Positions 46,962 through 56,522 of a stretch of 64,000 nt of DNA are shown one piece after another; the first letter of the stretch is position 1; every line of letters starts with the position of its first letter. Position numbers and translations under genes: made by a program. Below the pieces are notes generated by a model. That model saw only the letters and a list, made by a program, of their open reading frames with translations, ran no database searches and was not told the origin of the DNA. This DNA is from Candidatus Omnitrophota bacterium (GTDB lineage: Bacteria > Omnitrophota > Gorgyraeia > Zapsychrales > Zapsychraceae): positions 133,275-197,274 of the forward strand of contig JAJDCA010000068.1 in NCBI GenBank assembly GCA_029261055.1. Reading direction: 5' to 3'.

Positions 46962-47921
46962 ATGAAAATCGGTAATATTGATATTCAAAATCCCCTTGCC
47001 CTGGCCCCCATGGAAGACGTGTCAGATACGGCTTTCCGATTAACGTGTAAACGTTTTGGCGCTGACCTGCTGTACACGGAATTTACCAGTAGCGACGCCT
47101 TGATCCGCGACATCCCTAAGGCCATTGACAAAATCAAAGTCACCGCGGAAGAACGACCTGTTGGCATTCAAATATTTGGAGCCAATGAAGACACCATGAA
47201 AGAAGCGGCTCAAAAAGCCGAAAATTTTCATCCTGATTTTATTGACATCAACTGCGGATGTTGGGTACGCAACCACGTGGCCCGTGGACAAGGCGCAGCC
47301 CTTCTCAAAAATTTGCCTAAAATGGAAAGAATCGTTAAAGCTACGGTCGATGCCACATTTTTGCCTGTCACCGTAAAAACCCGCCTGGGGTGGGATCACG
47401 ACAATATTGTCATCTGCGATGTTGCCAAAATGGTTGAACAAGCCGGCGCCAAGGCTCTTACGGTGCACTGTCGCACACGAAACCAAGCCTACAAAGGAGA
47501 CGCCGATTGGAGTTGGCTGGAAAAAATTAAAAAGGCAACGAACATCCCTGTCATTGGTAATGGAGATGTCACATCTGCGGAAGATGCGAAAAAAATGTTG
47601 GCAACCGGCTGCGATGGGGTTATGATTGGACGCGGTGCCATTGGGAATCCATGGATTTTTAAACACATTAAACATTACCTCGCAACGGGTAAACACCTTC
47701 CGGAGCCTACATTAAGAGAAAGAATTGAGGCGTGCATTACACATTTAAAATTAAGTGTTCAATACAAAGGGACTAAAAACGGAATCATTCCATTCCGAAA
47801 ATATTACGCAGGTTATTTTAAAGGTATTCCGAACTCAGCAAAACTAAGGGCTGACCTGATGCAGCTGGTAGATTTGGAAAAAATTACTGAACGCCTTAAT
47901 CAATTTTTAGAAAAACCTTAA
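46962..47921 (+). CDS. dusB: tRNA-dihydrouridine synthase B
   Basis: LAPMEDVSD..FR, YTEF, IQIFG, DINCGC, VTVKTRLGWD, H.RTR.Q.YKG.ADW, GNGDV, DGVMIGRGA.GNPW. Start moved to ATG 46962. Confidence 0.93.
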   Translation: MKIGNIDIQNPLALAPMEDVSDTAFRLTCKRFGADLLYTEFTSSDALIRDIPKAIDKIKVTAEERPVGIQIFGANEDTMKEAAQKAENFHPDFIDINCGCWVRNHVARGQGAALLKNLPKMERIVKATVDATFLPVTVKTRLGWDHDNIVICDVAKMVEQAGAKALTVHCRTRNQAYKGDADWSWLEKIKKATNIPVIGNGDVTSAEDAKKMLATGCDGVMIGRGAIGNPWIFKHIKHYLATGKHLPEPTLRERIEACITHLKLSVQYKGTKNGIIPFRKYYAGYFKGIPNSAKLRADLMQLVDLEKITERLNQFLEKP

Positions 47922-47948
47922 ACAGACCTCGTAGGTCTGTTTAAGGTT
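47914..47948. repeat. Single REP-like perfect hairpin (RAYT-associated family variant) overlapping the dusB stop
   Basis: AACCTTAAACAGACC-TCGTA-GGTCTGTTTAAGGTT. Confidence 0.75.
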
Positions 47949-47949
47949 C

Positions 47950-49374
47950 ATGCATATGAAAAAATACGACGTTATTGTCATTGGTTCTGGAGGCGGGTCA
48001 AAAATTACATCGCCGGCAGCACGACTTGGATTAAAGGTCGCCTGTATTGAACGTTCTGCTCTCGGTGGTACTTGCCTTAACCGCGGATGTATCCCCTCGA
48101 AAATGCTCATCCATCCGGCGGATGTGGCCACGGCCATTAAAGATGCCGGTAAATTCGACATTGCGGTGAATCCATTTTTTGAAGTTAACTTCCCTAATCT
48201 TGTCCAACGCATTTCCCAAACAGTAGACAAAGATTCCTCCAGCATTGCGGCCGGTTATGCACGTAATCCGAATATTGATTTCTATCCTCATGAAGCCAAA
48301 TTTGTTGCTAACAAAATCATTGAAGTCAACGGGGAACAACTCACGTCAGATAAAATTTTTATTGCCGTTGGCGCCCGACCACATATTCCGTCTATTGAAG
48401 GCTTAGCGAATACACCTTACATGACAAGTACTGAAGCTTTGCGCAACACAGATTTGCCTCAAAAAATGATTGTCATCGGCGCAGGTTACATTGCCGTGGA
48501 ACTCGGACATGCTTACGGAGCACTCGGTACCGAAGTGCACTTTCTCGTGCGCAGCCGATTCTTACGTCATGAAGACAGTGAAGTCGCGGCAGAATTTACC
48601 AAGGCCTTTTCCGAACGTTATAATGTTCATATGCAGGCTGTGCCCCAACGCGTTCAATATGCTAATGGTCAATTTTCACTTATTTACCAAAATCAAGACG
48701 GACAGCCTCACAACATTACGGCCGATGCTCTTTTAGTGGCTACTAGCATCACATCTAATACAGACAGTTTAAATTTAGAAAGTACCGACATTGCCGTCGA
48801 TGACAAAGGTCTCATCCAAGTCAATGACCGTTTAGAAACGAATGTTGCAGGTGTTTACGCCATGGGGGACTGTGTCGGTAATTATTATTTTCGACATACG
48901 GTTAATTTCGAAGGCGAATACCTTTTCCATCGTGTTTTTGGCAACGCGCCTGATGAAGCAATCCAATACCCTCCCGTACCTCATGCCGTTTTTTCGTACC
49001 CACAAATTGCTGGCGTTGGAAAAACCGAAGACGAACTCAAACAAGAAGGCATCGACTACGTCGTAGGCCTCAACCACTACCGCCAAAGTGGCATGGGTAT
49101 GGCCCTGCTCTCTGATTACGGATTTTGCAAAATCCTGATTGAACGCAACACTCGAAAAATTCTTGGCGCACACATCGTTGGCGACGAAGCCTCAAATATG
49201 ATTCACATGCTCATTGCCTTTATGAACAAAGAAGGAACACTAGACGATCTCTTAAACATGATTTACATCCACCCCGCGCTACCGGAAATTGTACGTAATG
49301 CAGCACGGAAAGCGGAAATAAACTGGTTAGAAGTAGAGAAACAAGAAACAAAGAAGCAAGAAGTAAAGAAATAA
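47950..49374 (+). CDS. Pyridine nucleotide-disulfide oxidoreductase (dihydrolipoamide dehydrogenase / mycothione reductase-like)
   Basis: VIGSGGG, GGTCLNRGCIPSK (redox CxxxxC), IGAGYIAVE, YAMGD, YIHPALPE. Confidence 0.88.
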   Translation: MHMKKYDVIVIGSGGGSKITSPAARLGLKVACIERSALGGTCLNRGCIPSKMLIHPADVATAIKDAGKFDIAVNPFFEVNFPNLVQRISQTVDKDSSSIAAGYARNPNIDFYPHEAKFVANKIIEVNGEQLTSDKIFIAVGARPHIPSIEGLANTPYMTSTEALRNTDLPQKMIVIGAGYIAVELGHAYGALGTEVHFLVRSRFLRHEDSEVAAEFTKAFSERYNVHMQAVPQRVQYANGQFSLIYQNQDGQPHNITADALLVATSITSNTDSLNLESTDIAVDDKGLIQVNDRLETNVAGVYAMGDCVGNYYFRHTVNFEGEYLFHRVFGNAPDEAIQYPPVPHAVFSYPQIAGVGKTEDELKQEGIDYVVGLNHYRQSGMGMALLSDYGFCKILIERNTRKILGAHIVGDEASNMIHMLIAFMNKEGTLDDLLNMIYIHPALPEIVRNAARKAEINWLEVEKQETKKQEVKK

Positions 49375-49488
49375 AAGGCAAAAAAATAAGAAGCACAGGA
49401 ATAAGAAGCAAAGATTAAAAACAAAAATTACTTTTTTACATCTTGCATCTCTACACCTCTGCTTCTTGCCTCTTACTTTTCTAGCTCT
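49329..49488. repeat. Degenerate heptamer (AGAAGCA-like) array followed by its complement
   Basis: Purine-rich AGAAGTA/AGAAGCA/GGAATA units, then TGCATCT/TGCTTCT/TACTT units; similar array at 63766..63860. Confidence 0.6.
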
Positions 49489-49509
49489 TTAACTTTAATT
49501 CTAAAAACT

Positions 49510-50238
49510 ATGCGTAATTCTGAAACAGCCATCTCGATTAAAGGCCTCACAAAATTTTACGGTAAATTCCGAGCCTTAAACAATGTTGCTTTTGAAGTCA
49601 AACGTGGCGATTTCTTTGCATTCTTAGGCCCCAACGGTGCAGGCAAGACCACGACCATCAATGTGCTTACAGGTCTTTCGAATTACCAATCTGGTAAAGT
49701 CAACATATTTGGATACGATACCAGCTCCGAATATCTGTTATCCCGTCGACTTATTGGTCTATGCGCCCAGGAATTTAACTTTGACCCGTTTCTAACGATT
49801 CACCAACTCCTTGTGTACCAGGCTGGCTATTTTGGTATTCCACCGAAAAAAGCCACCCGTAATGCGGAAGCCCTTTTAGAACGTTTTCAATTGATTGAGA
49901 AACGCCACGTTAAACATCGCGCCTTATCCGGCGGAATGAAAAAACGCCTGCTACTCTGCCGCGCCCTTATCCACGACCCGGAAATTCTCATCCTGGACGA
50001 ACCTACGGCCGGCTGCGATTTGGAATTAAAATTTCTCATTTGGGATTACCTCACCCAATTAAATAAAGAAGGTAAAACTATTTTTCTTACAACCCATTAC
50101 ATGGAAGAAGCCGAAAAACTCTGCAAAACCATCGGCATCATCAATCAGGGACACATCGTACGTATTGGCGAAAAGAAAAACATATTACAAGACAAGTCTT
50201 TAGAAACCGTATTTTTAGAAGTCACAGGACCAGAGTAG
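49510..50238 (+). CDS. ABC-2 exporter ATP-binding protein (YadG-like)
   Basis: GPNGAGKTT, QEFNFDPF, LSGGMKKR, ILDEPTAG, TTHYMEEAE. Confidence 0.92.
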   Translation: MRNSETAISIKGLTKFYGKFRALNNVAFEVKRGDFFAFLGPNGAGKTTTINVLTGLSNYQSGKVNIFGYDTSSEYLLSRRLIGLCAQEFNFDPFLTIHQLLVYQAGYFGIPPKKATRNAEALLERFQLIEKRHVKHRALSGGMKKRLLLCRALIHDPEILILDEPTAGCDLELKFLIWDYLTQLNKEGKTIFLTTHYMEEAEKLCKTIGIINQGHIVRIGEKKNILQDKSLETVFLEVTGPE

Positions 50239-50306
50239 TCGCTCGTCGCCAGTGGCTCGTGACTCGTTTTTTTTTTACGAGCGACGCATCACTAGCGACG
50301 AGCCAC
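50238..50306. repeat. Heptamer-built inverted repeat (GTGGCTC family)
   Basis: GTCGCTC-GTCGCCA-GTGGCTC-GTGACTC-GT ... AC-GAGCGAC-GCATCAC-TAGCGAC-GAGCCAC. Confidence 0.7.
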
Positions 50307-50313
50307 GTTAATT

Positions 50314-51084
50314 ATGATTACAAACCCAATCGGTGTCTTATCTTTATCTAAACGTGAAATTCTGCGATTTTTGTCTGTATCGACACAGACAATTTTCCCT
50401 CCATTGATTACGTCCACCCTCTTTATGTTTATCTTTGGCGTGGCTATTGGGAGCCGTATTGACTTTAGCTCGACCGGCCTGTCTTATTTAGGATTTATTG
50501 TGCCTGGATTAATGACCATGCATTTAATTTCAAGTTCCTATGAAAACACCAGTGCCTCTCTTTTTATTGCCCGCTGGCATAACCACATCCAGGAGGTTCT
50601 CCTTGCGCCGCTTTCTTATTTTGAAATGGTCCTTGGGCTTTTAGCCGGTGGCGTGGTGCGCGGTACCATCGTCTGCTTGGGCGTTTACTTGGTTTCTCTT
50701 TTCTTTGGCCCAACATCCATTCAGCATCCGCTGCTTCTGGCCTATTTTATTGTGACGATATCTGTTATTTTTTCGTGTGCCGGCATGCTGGGCGCGCTGT
50801 GGGCAGAAGATTTTGGCATGTTAAATATGTGGAACATTTATGGCATTGTTCCGTTGGTGTTTATGGGCGGCGTCTTTCATCCGGTCTCTATGTTGCCGCA
50901 AATCGTACAAACAATTTCGAAATTTAACCCGATGTTTTATTTAGTACAAGGCATTCGTTTTAGCGTTACGGGCATAAGCGACGTACCCGTCATCATTGCG
51001 GCTAGCGCTTCTTTTGTTCTTTCTACTGGGGTCTTTTTCCTTACCGTTCATTTATTCAAAATCGGATACAAGCTACGAACCTAA
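50314..51084 (+). CDS. ABC-2 exporter permease (YadH-like)
   Basis: REI.RF....QT..PP.I...L...IFG..IG, Y..F.VPGL, PL.F.GGVF, NP.FY...G.R, GYKLR. Confidence 0.92.
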   Translation: MITNPIGVLSLSKREILRFLSVSTQTIFPPLITSTLFMFIFGVAIGSRIDFSSTGLSYLGFIVPGLMTMHLISSSYENTSASLFIARWHNHIQEVLLAPLSYFEMVLGLLAGGVVRGTIVCLGVYLVSLFFGPTSIQHPLLLAYFIVTISVIFSCAGMLGALWAEDFGMLNMWNIYGIVPLVFMGGVFHPVSMLPQIVQTISKFNPMFYLVQGIRFSVTGISDVPVIIAASASFVLSTGVFFLTVHLFKIGYKLRT

Positions 51085-52619
51085 GCTTTAAAAATCCTTC
51101 GCCAACGAATTCCAAACAACAGCAAAATGACGATGTAATATCCCAGTACCCACCTCGTAGAAATATTGGGAACATTTACATTCGCGTACGGCACCTTACT
51201 AAATACATAAATAACCCCGACCATTACATTAAGCAAAAACTTAAGGCAGGCCGCGCATACCCACAGACCAAACGGCCAAAACCCCCCGACGGACAGCAAC
51301 CCCAACCCCAAAACAACCACGCCGGAAATAAGAGGCACAACGATCAGGTTAGCGACAATGGCAATAGGCGCAACCACATCAAAGTGATAAGCAATCAGCC
51401 CTGTTGAGCCGATCCAGACGGACAAAGATACACTTAATGAATCAATAAATACTTTTGTCAATTTCAACGTTTTATTAGACTCAATCTTAAAACATTTCTG
51501 CAAAATAATTTTTATTTTTGCGCTAAACATGATGATCGACACAACACAAGCAAAAGACAACTGAAAGCCAATATCAAAAAGATTAAATGGATTGAACAAT
51601 AAAATAACCAAAGCTGCAAAACTGAGTGTATTAATAGAGTCTGATTCTTTTTCCAAAATAAAACTCATCAAAAACACACAAATCATCACCGAGGCACGTA
51701 CAACCGAAGGGCGTCCACCTGTTAAAAAAGAATACCCGATTAATAATAAAATTGTCATGCCTAATTGCCACCGACGTCCGATCGGAAACATTTTCAGAAA
51801 AATAAAAAATAACCCAGACACGGCCCCCACATGCAAACCACTAATGGCTAAAATGTGTGCCGTCCCTGTCTGTACAAATAATGTGCGAACATGCTTAGGA
51901 ATTTGTGAACGATCGCCGAGCAAAACGGCCTGCATAATCCCGGATTCATTTTTCGAAAGCGCTTGGTGTAAAATTGCCTTCAACTTATTTCTTAATATTA
52001 ACGAAACACTCCTGAAATAATTTCCTTTCCCTTTTGCAACCACCGTCATTGGAGAATCCTTTTTTACACTTAAAATCAAATGTATGCCGCGCCTCTTGAG
52101 ATACTCTCGATAGGAAAACCGTTCTTCTGGTGCAAAATTGTAAGGATAGTGCAACTTGCCTTCCAACAAAAGATAATCCCCATAAACCACATTAGCCTCA
52201 CAAAAAATATTCACCAAAACCTTCCCTGATTTTTTCCTCCACCCCCACGGTGAACGAACTCGCTTAACCTGTAACGTAAACATAGTCTTTTTACCTTTAA
52301 AAAAATTCCGTTTTTCAACATCCGACACCACAACACCTTCAAGACGAACAGGATTTTTTCGATGATATCTAGCCACATGCACAATATCCCCGGAAGCTAA
52401 TGTTTGATAATTCCTCACAAAAACCATTCCAAGAAGAACAAACACCATCAAAAGCACAATCGACGATAAAAAAGGCTTTCGAAAAACAACAGCATAGATC
52501 ATCATCAAAACAAAAACCGTAAACACGACCAACGTGAACGGCACAACAACATACACCCCACCCCCAATCCCAACCCCAAAAGCCAAAACAATCCACAAAA
52601 ATGGTCGATACGTATGCAT
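51081..52619 (-). CDS. comEC: ComEC/Rec2 DNA uptake channel (OB-like + competence domain, no beta-lactamase domain)
   Basis: AVLLGDR, F..TG.AHILAISGLHVG, PSVVRA, NP..LFDIGFQLSF, ANL.VVP. Start moved to ATG 52619. Confidence 0.92.
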   Translation of the reverse strand: MHTYRPFLWIVLAFGVGIGGGVYVVVPFTLVVFTVFVLMMIYAVVFRKPFLSSIVLLMVFVLLGMVFVRNYQTLASGDIVHVARYHRKNPVRLEGVVVSDVEKRNFFKGKKTMFTLQVKRVRSPWGWRKKSGKVLVNIFCEANVVYGDYLLLEGKLHYPYNFAPEERFSYREYLKRRGIHLILSVKKDSPMTVVAKGKGNYFRSVSLILRNKLKAILHQALSKNESGIMQAVLLGDRSQIPKHVRTLFVQTGTAHILAISGLHVGAVSGLFFIFLKMFPIGRRWQLGMTILLLIGYSFLTGGRPSVVRASVMICVFLMSFILEKESDSINTLSFAALVILLFNPFNLFDIGFQLSFACVVSIIMFSAKIKIILQKCFKIESNKTLKLTKVFIDSLSVSLSVWIGSTGLIAYHFDVVAPIAIVANLIVVPLISGVVVLGLGLLSVGGFWPFGLWVCAACLKFLLNVMVGVIYVFSKVPYANVNVPNISTRWVLGYYIVILLLFGIRWRRIFKA

Positions 52620-52630
52620 GATTTTTTCTC

Positions 52631-52700
52631 TAACCGTACACAAACCTCGGGGGTTTGTATTGGTTAACCCGTACAAACCCCCGAGGCTTGTTTACGGTTA
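52631..52700. repeat. REP doublet (REPIN) at the 3' side of the RAYT gene
   Basis: TAACCGTACACAAACCTCGGGGGTTTGTA...TACAAACCCCCGAGGCTTGTTTACGGTTA; contains the RAYT stop codon. Confidence 0.9.
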
Positions 52701-53378
52701 ATCTTCTAATGTTAAATGTTTAATTTCCTCTAATTCCCTTTGATACCCAACCCTGTCTTCCACAAACTTCTTGTACTCCCTTGGCAAAATATCCAAAATA
52801 TTATCCCAATACGCAATCGATTTCTTTCGATCATTTATTTTCAAATATTCTAAATAAGAAGAATACGCCCAATCTTCCGGTTTTTCGACTAAGATTGCTG
52901 TCGTTGGATTCAAATGTACATACCGCGTCAAATGCAAAAGCTGCTCATAGGACTCAACCAAAACATTTTTAAATCGTCCAGCCCAAAGAGGCCCCAGCCT
53001 TTTGTATTTCTTGTTAAAAAATCGGGCGTAGCTGTTCAAAACATTTCCCATAAAAATAGATATTCCATCATCAATCAACTGCTTGAGAACAAAGTGAACA
53101 TGTGTAGGCATGAGGCAATAAGAAATAATTTCTACCAATTTGTCTTTTGGATCCGCTACAGAAGAAAGACAACAATCAAAACCTATCTTCTCTACTTGAG
53201 GTAAACGAATAAATTGAGAAAAAGCATAGGGCATATTCTTAAATTGGTAATAACGAATAACATTTAGCATTCTCATAAATTCTGCATTTCCATTAAAAAT
53301 TTTAAACCTTGCAATGCTCTTATTAAACACGTGGTAGCATTCATCTGTAACTAACGGATCTTTCCTTATTATTGCCAT
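52698..53378 (-). mobile_element. REP-associated tyrosine transposase (RAYT; IS200-like Y1 HUH nuclease)
   Basis: YHVFNK, YCLMPTHVH (HUH), SYARFFN.KY.R.GPLW.GRF, RYVHLNP (catalytic Tyr), W.YSSY; flanked on both sides by REP doublets. Confidence 0.9.
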
Positions 53379-53788
53379 TTGCTTTTCTCCTGTGGAACCG
53401 TAAACAAACCTCGGGGGTTTGTATTTGAACCCCATACAAACCACCGAGGTTTGTTTACGGTTAAGTACCTGTAAAATTTTTCGTAATTTTTGTCGCGGAT
53501 GCCTTTTACAGATTTAATTTGTTCGATTTTTGTAAAGGGTCCATTTATTTGGCGGTATTGTACGATGTTTTTGGCTGTGTATTCGCCGATGTACGGGACT
53601 GTCACTAATTCTTCGGCAGAGGCGGCATTAATGTCGACTTTGGGATAAATGCGGTCGCTGTCAATGAGATTGACAATATCGCGTAGCTGTGGATATTTTT
53701 TAAGGGCATACTGCAGCACTGACCCCGTGAGAATAATCACGGCTAACATTAATAAAACAATTTTTTCTTGTTTTGTAAAATGCATCAT
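53369..53788 (-). CDS. comEA: ComEA-like helix-hairpin-helix DNA receptor
   Basis: N-terminal TM; VDINAASAEEL..VPYIG...A.NIV.YR..NGPF..IE.I..VKGI; the C-terminal tail reads through the REP doublet. Confidence 0.9.
   Translation of the reverse strand: MMHFTKQEKIVLLMLAVIILTGSVLQYALKKYPQLRDIVNLIDSDRIYPKVDINAASAEELVTVPYIGEYTAKNIVQYRQINGPFTKIEQIKSVKGIRDKNYEKFYRYLTVNKPRWFVWGSNTNPRGLFTVPQEKSKWQ
53396..53462. repeat. REP doublet (REPIN) at the 5' side of the RAYT gene
   Basis: AACCGTAAACAAACCTCGGGGGTTTGTAT...ATACAAACCACCGAGGTTTGTTTACGGTT. Confidence 0.9.
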
Positions 53789-53790
53789 CA

Positions 53791-53895
53791 AATTAGGCCT
53801 CGCTTCGCTCGGCGACTTTTAGTGGCTCGTGACACGTGGCGCATCGTTCATAAAAACCGAATCACGAGCCACGCGTCACAAGCGACGAGTCACTT
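53791..53895. repeat. Conserved RBS-containing leader plus GTGGCTC-family heptamer hairpin
   Basis: CCTCGCTTCGCTCGGCGACTTTTAGT, then GTGGCTC-GTGACAC-GTGGCGC ... GAATCAC-GAGCCAC-GCGTCAC-AAGCGAC-GAGTCAC. Confidence 0.7.
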
Positions 53896-53957
53896 TAAAA
53901 TTTTTAAACTAATGGGGAAATCGGGTATTTGGGGAAATACTTCTCTACGGGGATAAA

Positions 53958-54035
53958 ATCCTTCAACGCGCTCGCTCTCGTTCGCTTGCTCAGGATATGG
54001 TGAGCAAGGCCACCGTAGGTGGCTGCGTCGAACCA
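53958..54035. repeat. Pair of opposed TGAGC...(C/T)GAA hairpins directly after the leuS stop
   Basis: ATCCTTCAAC...GCTCAGGAT (53958-53996) and TGGTGAGC-AAGGCCACC-GTA-GGTGGCTGC-GTCGAACCA (53998-54035). Confidence 0.65.
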
Positions 54036-56516
54036 CTAAATAACAATATTCGCCAATTTTCCGGGAATGAAAATAAATCGGCGTAACGGTTTACCGTCAA
54101 CAAAACTTTGAATTTTGGCATCAGCCAAAACTAATTCTTTTACTTCAGCCTCAGTAATGGATGCGGCCACCTGAAATTTAGCCCGCAACTTACCATTCAC
54201 CTGCGCAATAATTTGAACTGTCTCCTGCTTTAAAGCACCTTCATCACATATTGGCCACGGAGACGCAATAATACTCTTTTCTTTATTTCCAAATTTCTGC
54301 CACAACTCTTCACTCATATGCGGCGTAAAGGGCGACAATAAAATAACCAAAGTCTTAATCACTCTGTTTAAAATACCTTGCTTAATCGCACTACCTTCTG
54401 CAAATTTGTACTTATCCACGCTGTTCATCAAAATCATCATACTGCTAATGGCCGTATTAAATTTGTACTTCTCAATATCTTCTGTCACTTTTTTAATCGT
54501 AACATTTCTTTCACGCTCAAGATCCGCATCCGCTTGATCCATCTGATCTTTCGTAATATTGTCATCAACACCATCGACATATCGATTATGCACAAGGTTC
54601 CAAATACGACTTAAGAATTTCCATGAACCGTCGACCGCATTGTCATTCCATTCCAACTGATCTTCGGGTGGCGCCGCAAACAGAATACACAAACGCAAAG
54701 AATCAGCTCCATATCGTGCAATAATACTGTCTGGGTCTACCGTATTACCTCTGGATTTCGACATCACTTCCCCGTCTTTAAGCACCATGCCTTGCGTTAA
54801 CAAACGTACAAACGGTTCATCAAAATCCACCAGACCTAAATCTTTAAAAAACTTTGTAAAAAATCGTGAATACAATAAATGTAAAATCGCATGCTCAATC
54901 CCGCCAATGTATTGATCCACCGGCATCCAATACGCCGCCTCTTTTTTGTCAAAAACCTCTTTGTCATTCTTCGCCGAACAATATCGCAAATAATACCAAG
55001 ACGAATCAAAAAATGTCGCCATCGTATCTGTTTCCCGTCGGGCATCGGCCTGACATTTGGGACACTGCACATTCACAAACTCTGGACATTGCGCCAAAGG
55101 ACTACCACCTTCACCGGTAATTTTAATATCCTGCGGCAACTCAACCGGTAGCTGATCTTCCGGCACAGGCACCACCCCGCAAGCTTCACAATAAATCACA
55201 GGAATAGGCGTGCCCCAATATCTCTGACGAGAAATCAACCAATCCCGCAAACGCCAATGAACGGTCATCTTACCGGCTCCTTCTTGCTCCATCCACTCAC
55301 CAATCGACTTAATCGCGGCACGACTATTAACCCCATCAAACTGCCCTGAATTCACCAGAGCCCCTTCTTCCTCAAATGCACACGTCATATCCTTCTCGGT
55401 CAAATCCGAATTCTTCGCATCCTGAATCACAATCCGCTTAGCCAAACCATGCTCCGTGGCAAACAAAAAATCTCTCTGATCATGCGTCGGCACCGCCATA
55501 ATCGCGCCCGTCCCATAATCCATCAATACATAATCCGCAATCCAAATCGGAACCGCTTCATTGTTCACTGGATTAATCGCGTAACGTCCGGTAAAAGTCC
55601 CTTCCTTTTTCTGATCCCCGGACATACGCAAACTTTTACTTTCCTTGCCAACCTTTTCAATAAACGCTCGAATCTTATCCTCATCTGCCGATCCCTGAAT
55701 CAATCCATCCACCAACGGATGTTCCGGTGCTAGCACCACATACGTCGCCCCAAAAATCGTATCCGGCCGCGTCGTAAACACCGTAATCGTTTCCTCCGCA
55801 TCCTTCACATTAAAATACATATCCACCCCGTAACTTTTGCCAATCCAGTTTTCCTGCATCGCAATCACACGGCTAGGCCAATGTTCAAGTGTCTTTAAAT
55901 CTTCCAGCAGCTTTTCATTGTATTCGGTAATCTTCAAATACCATTGATTCAAATCCTTCTGGGTCACCTCTGTCTTACATCGCCAACACTGATCCTGAAT
56001 CACCTCTTCATTAGCTAACGTCGTCTCACATTGCGGGCACCAATTAACAGACGAGGTCTTTTTGTATGCCAACCCACGCTCCATCATCTTGGTAAAAATC
56101 CACTGATTCCACCGGTAATACTCCTTGTCACACGTCGCCAACTCCCGATTCCAATCATACGAAAACCCCATGCGTTTTAATTCTACCCGCATCTGATCCA
56201 TACACGCATACGTCCACTTCGCCGGATCCGTATTATGTTTAATCGCCGCATTCTCTGCCGGCTGCCCAAACGCATCATAGCCCATCGGATGTAGCACATT
56301 AAACCCCTGCGCCATCTTAAACCGCGCCATACAATCCGCAATCGTGTAATTACGCACATGTCCCATATGAATCTTACCGGAAGGATACGGAAACATCTCC
56401 AGACAGTAATATTTCGGTTTGGATGCATCTTGGTCCGCCTTAAAAATCTTTTGCGCATCCCAAAACTTCTGCCATTTCTCTTCGAGTTCTTTAATTGTGT
56501 GTGTGTTGTAAGTCAT
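54036..56516 (-). CDS. leuS: Leucine--tRNA ligase
   Basis: MFPYPSG.IHMGH, CP1 editing domain TTRPDT...GTGAIMAVPTHDQRD, RDWLISRQRYWG, GGIEHA.LHL, VMSKS, QVNGKLR. Confidence 0.98.
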   Translation of the reverse strand: MTYNTHTIKELEEKWQKFWDAQKIFKADQDASKPKYYCLEMFPYPSGKIHMGHVRNYTIADCMARFKMAQGFNVLHPMGYDAFGQPAENAAIKHNTDPAKWTYACMDQMRVELKRMGFSYDWNRELATCDKEYYRWNQWIFTKMMERGLAYKKTSSVNWCPQCETTLANEEVIQDQCWRCKTEVTQKDLNQWYLKITEYNEKLLEDLKTLEHWPSRVIAMQENWIGKSYGVDMYFNVKDAEETITVFTTRPDTIFGATYVVLAPEHPLVDGLIQGSADEDKIRAFIEKVGKESKSLRMSGDQKKEGTFTGRYAINPVNNEAVPIWIADYVLMDYGTGAIMAVPTHDQRDFLFATEHGLAKRIVIQDAKNSDLTEKDMTCAFEEEGALVNSGQFDGVNSRAAIKSIGEWMEQEGAGKMTVHWRLRDWLISRQRYWGTPIPVIYCEACGVVPVPEDQLPVELPQDIKITGEGGSPLAQCPEFVNVQCPKCQADARRETDTMATFFDSSWYYLRYCSAKNDKEVFDKKEAAYWMPVDQYIGGIEHAILHLLYSRFFTKFFKDLGLVDFDEPFVRLLTQGMVLKDGEVMSKSRGNTVDPDSIIARYGADSLRLCILFAAPPEDQLEWNDNAVDGSWKFLSRIWNLVHNRYVDGVDDNITKDQMDQADADLERERNVTIKKVTEDIEKYKFNTAISSMMILMNSVDKYKFAEGSAIKQGILNRVIKTLVILLSPFTPHMSEELWQKFGNKEKSIIASPWPICDEGALKQETVQIIAQVNGKLRAKFQVAASITEAEVKELVLADAKIQSFVDGKPLRRFIFIPGKLANIVI

Positions 56517-56522
56517 TTTTTT

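Noticed and set aside
47040-47696. 218-aa antisense ORF and the many other short ORFs overlapping real genes (e.g. 41897..42475, 51592..52020, 29321..29719)
   Set aside because: Shadows of well-supported genes on the opposite strand or frame, with no recognisable motifs
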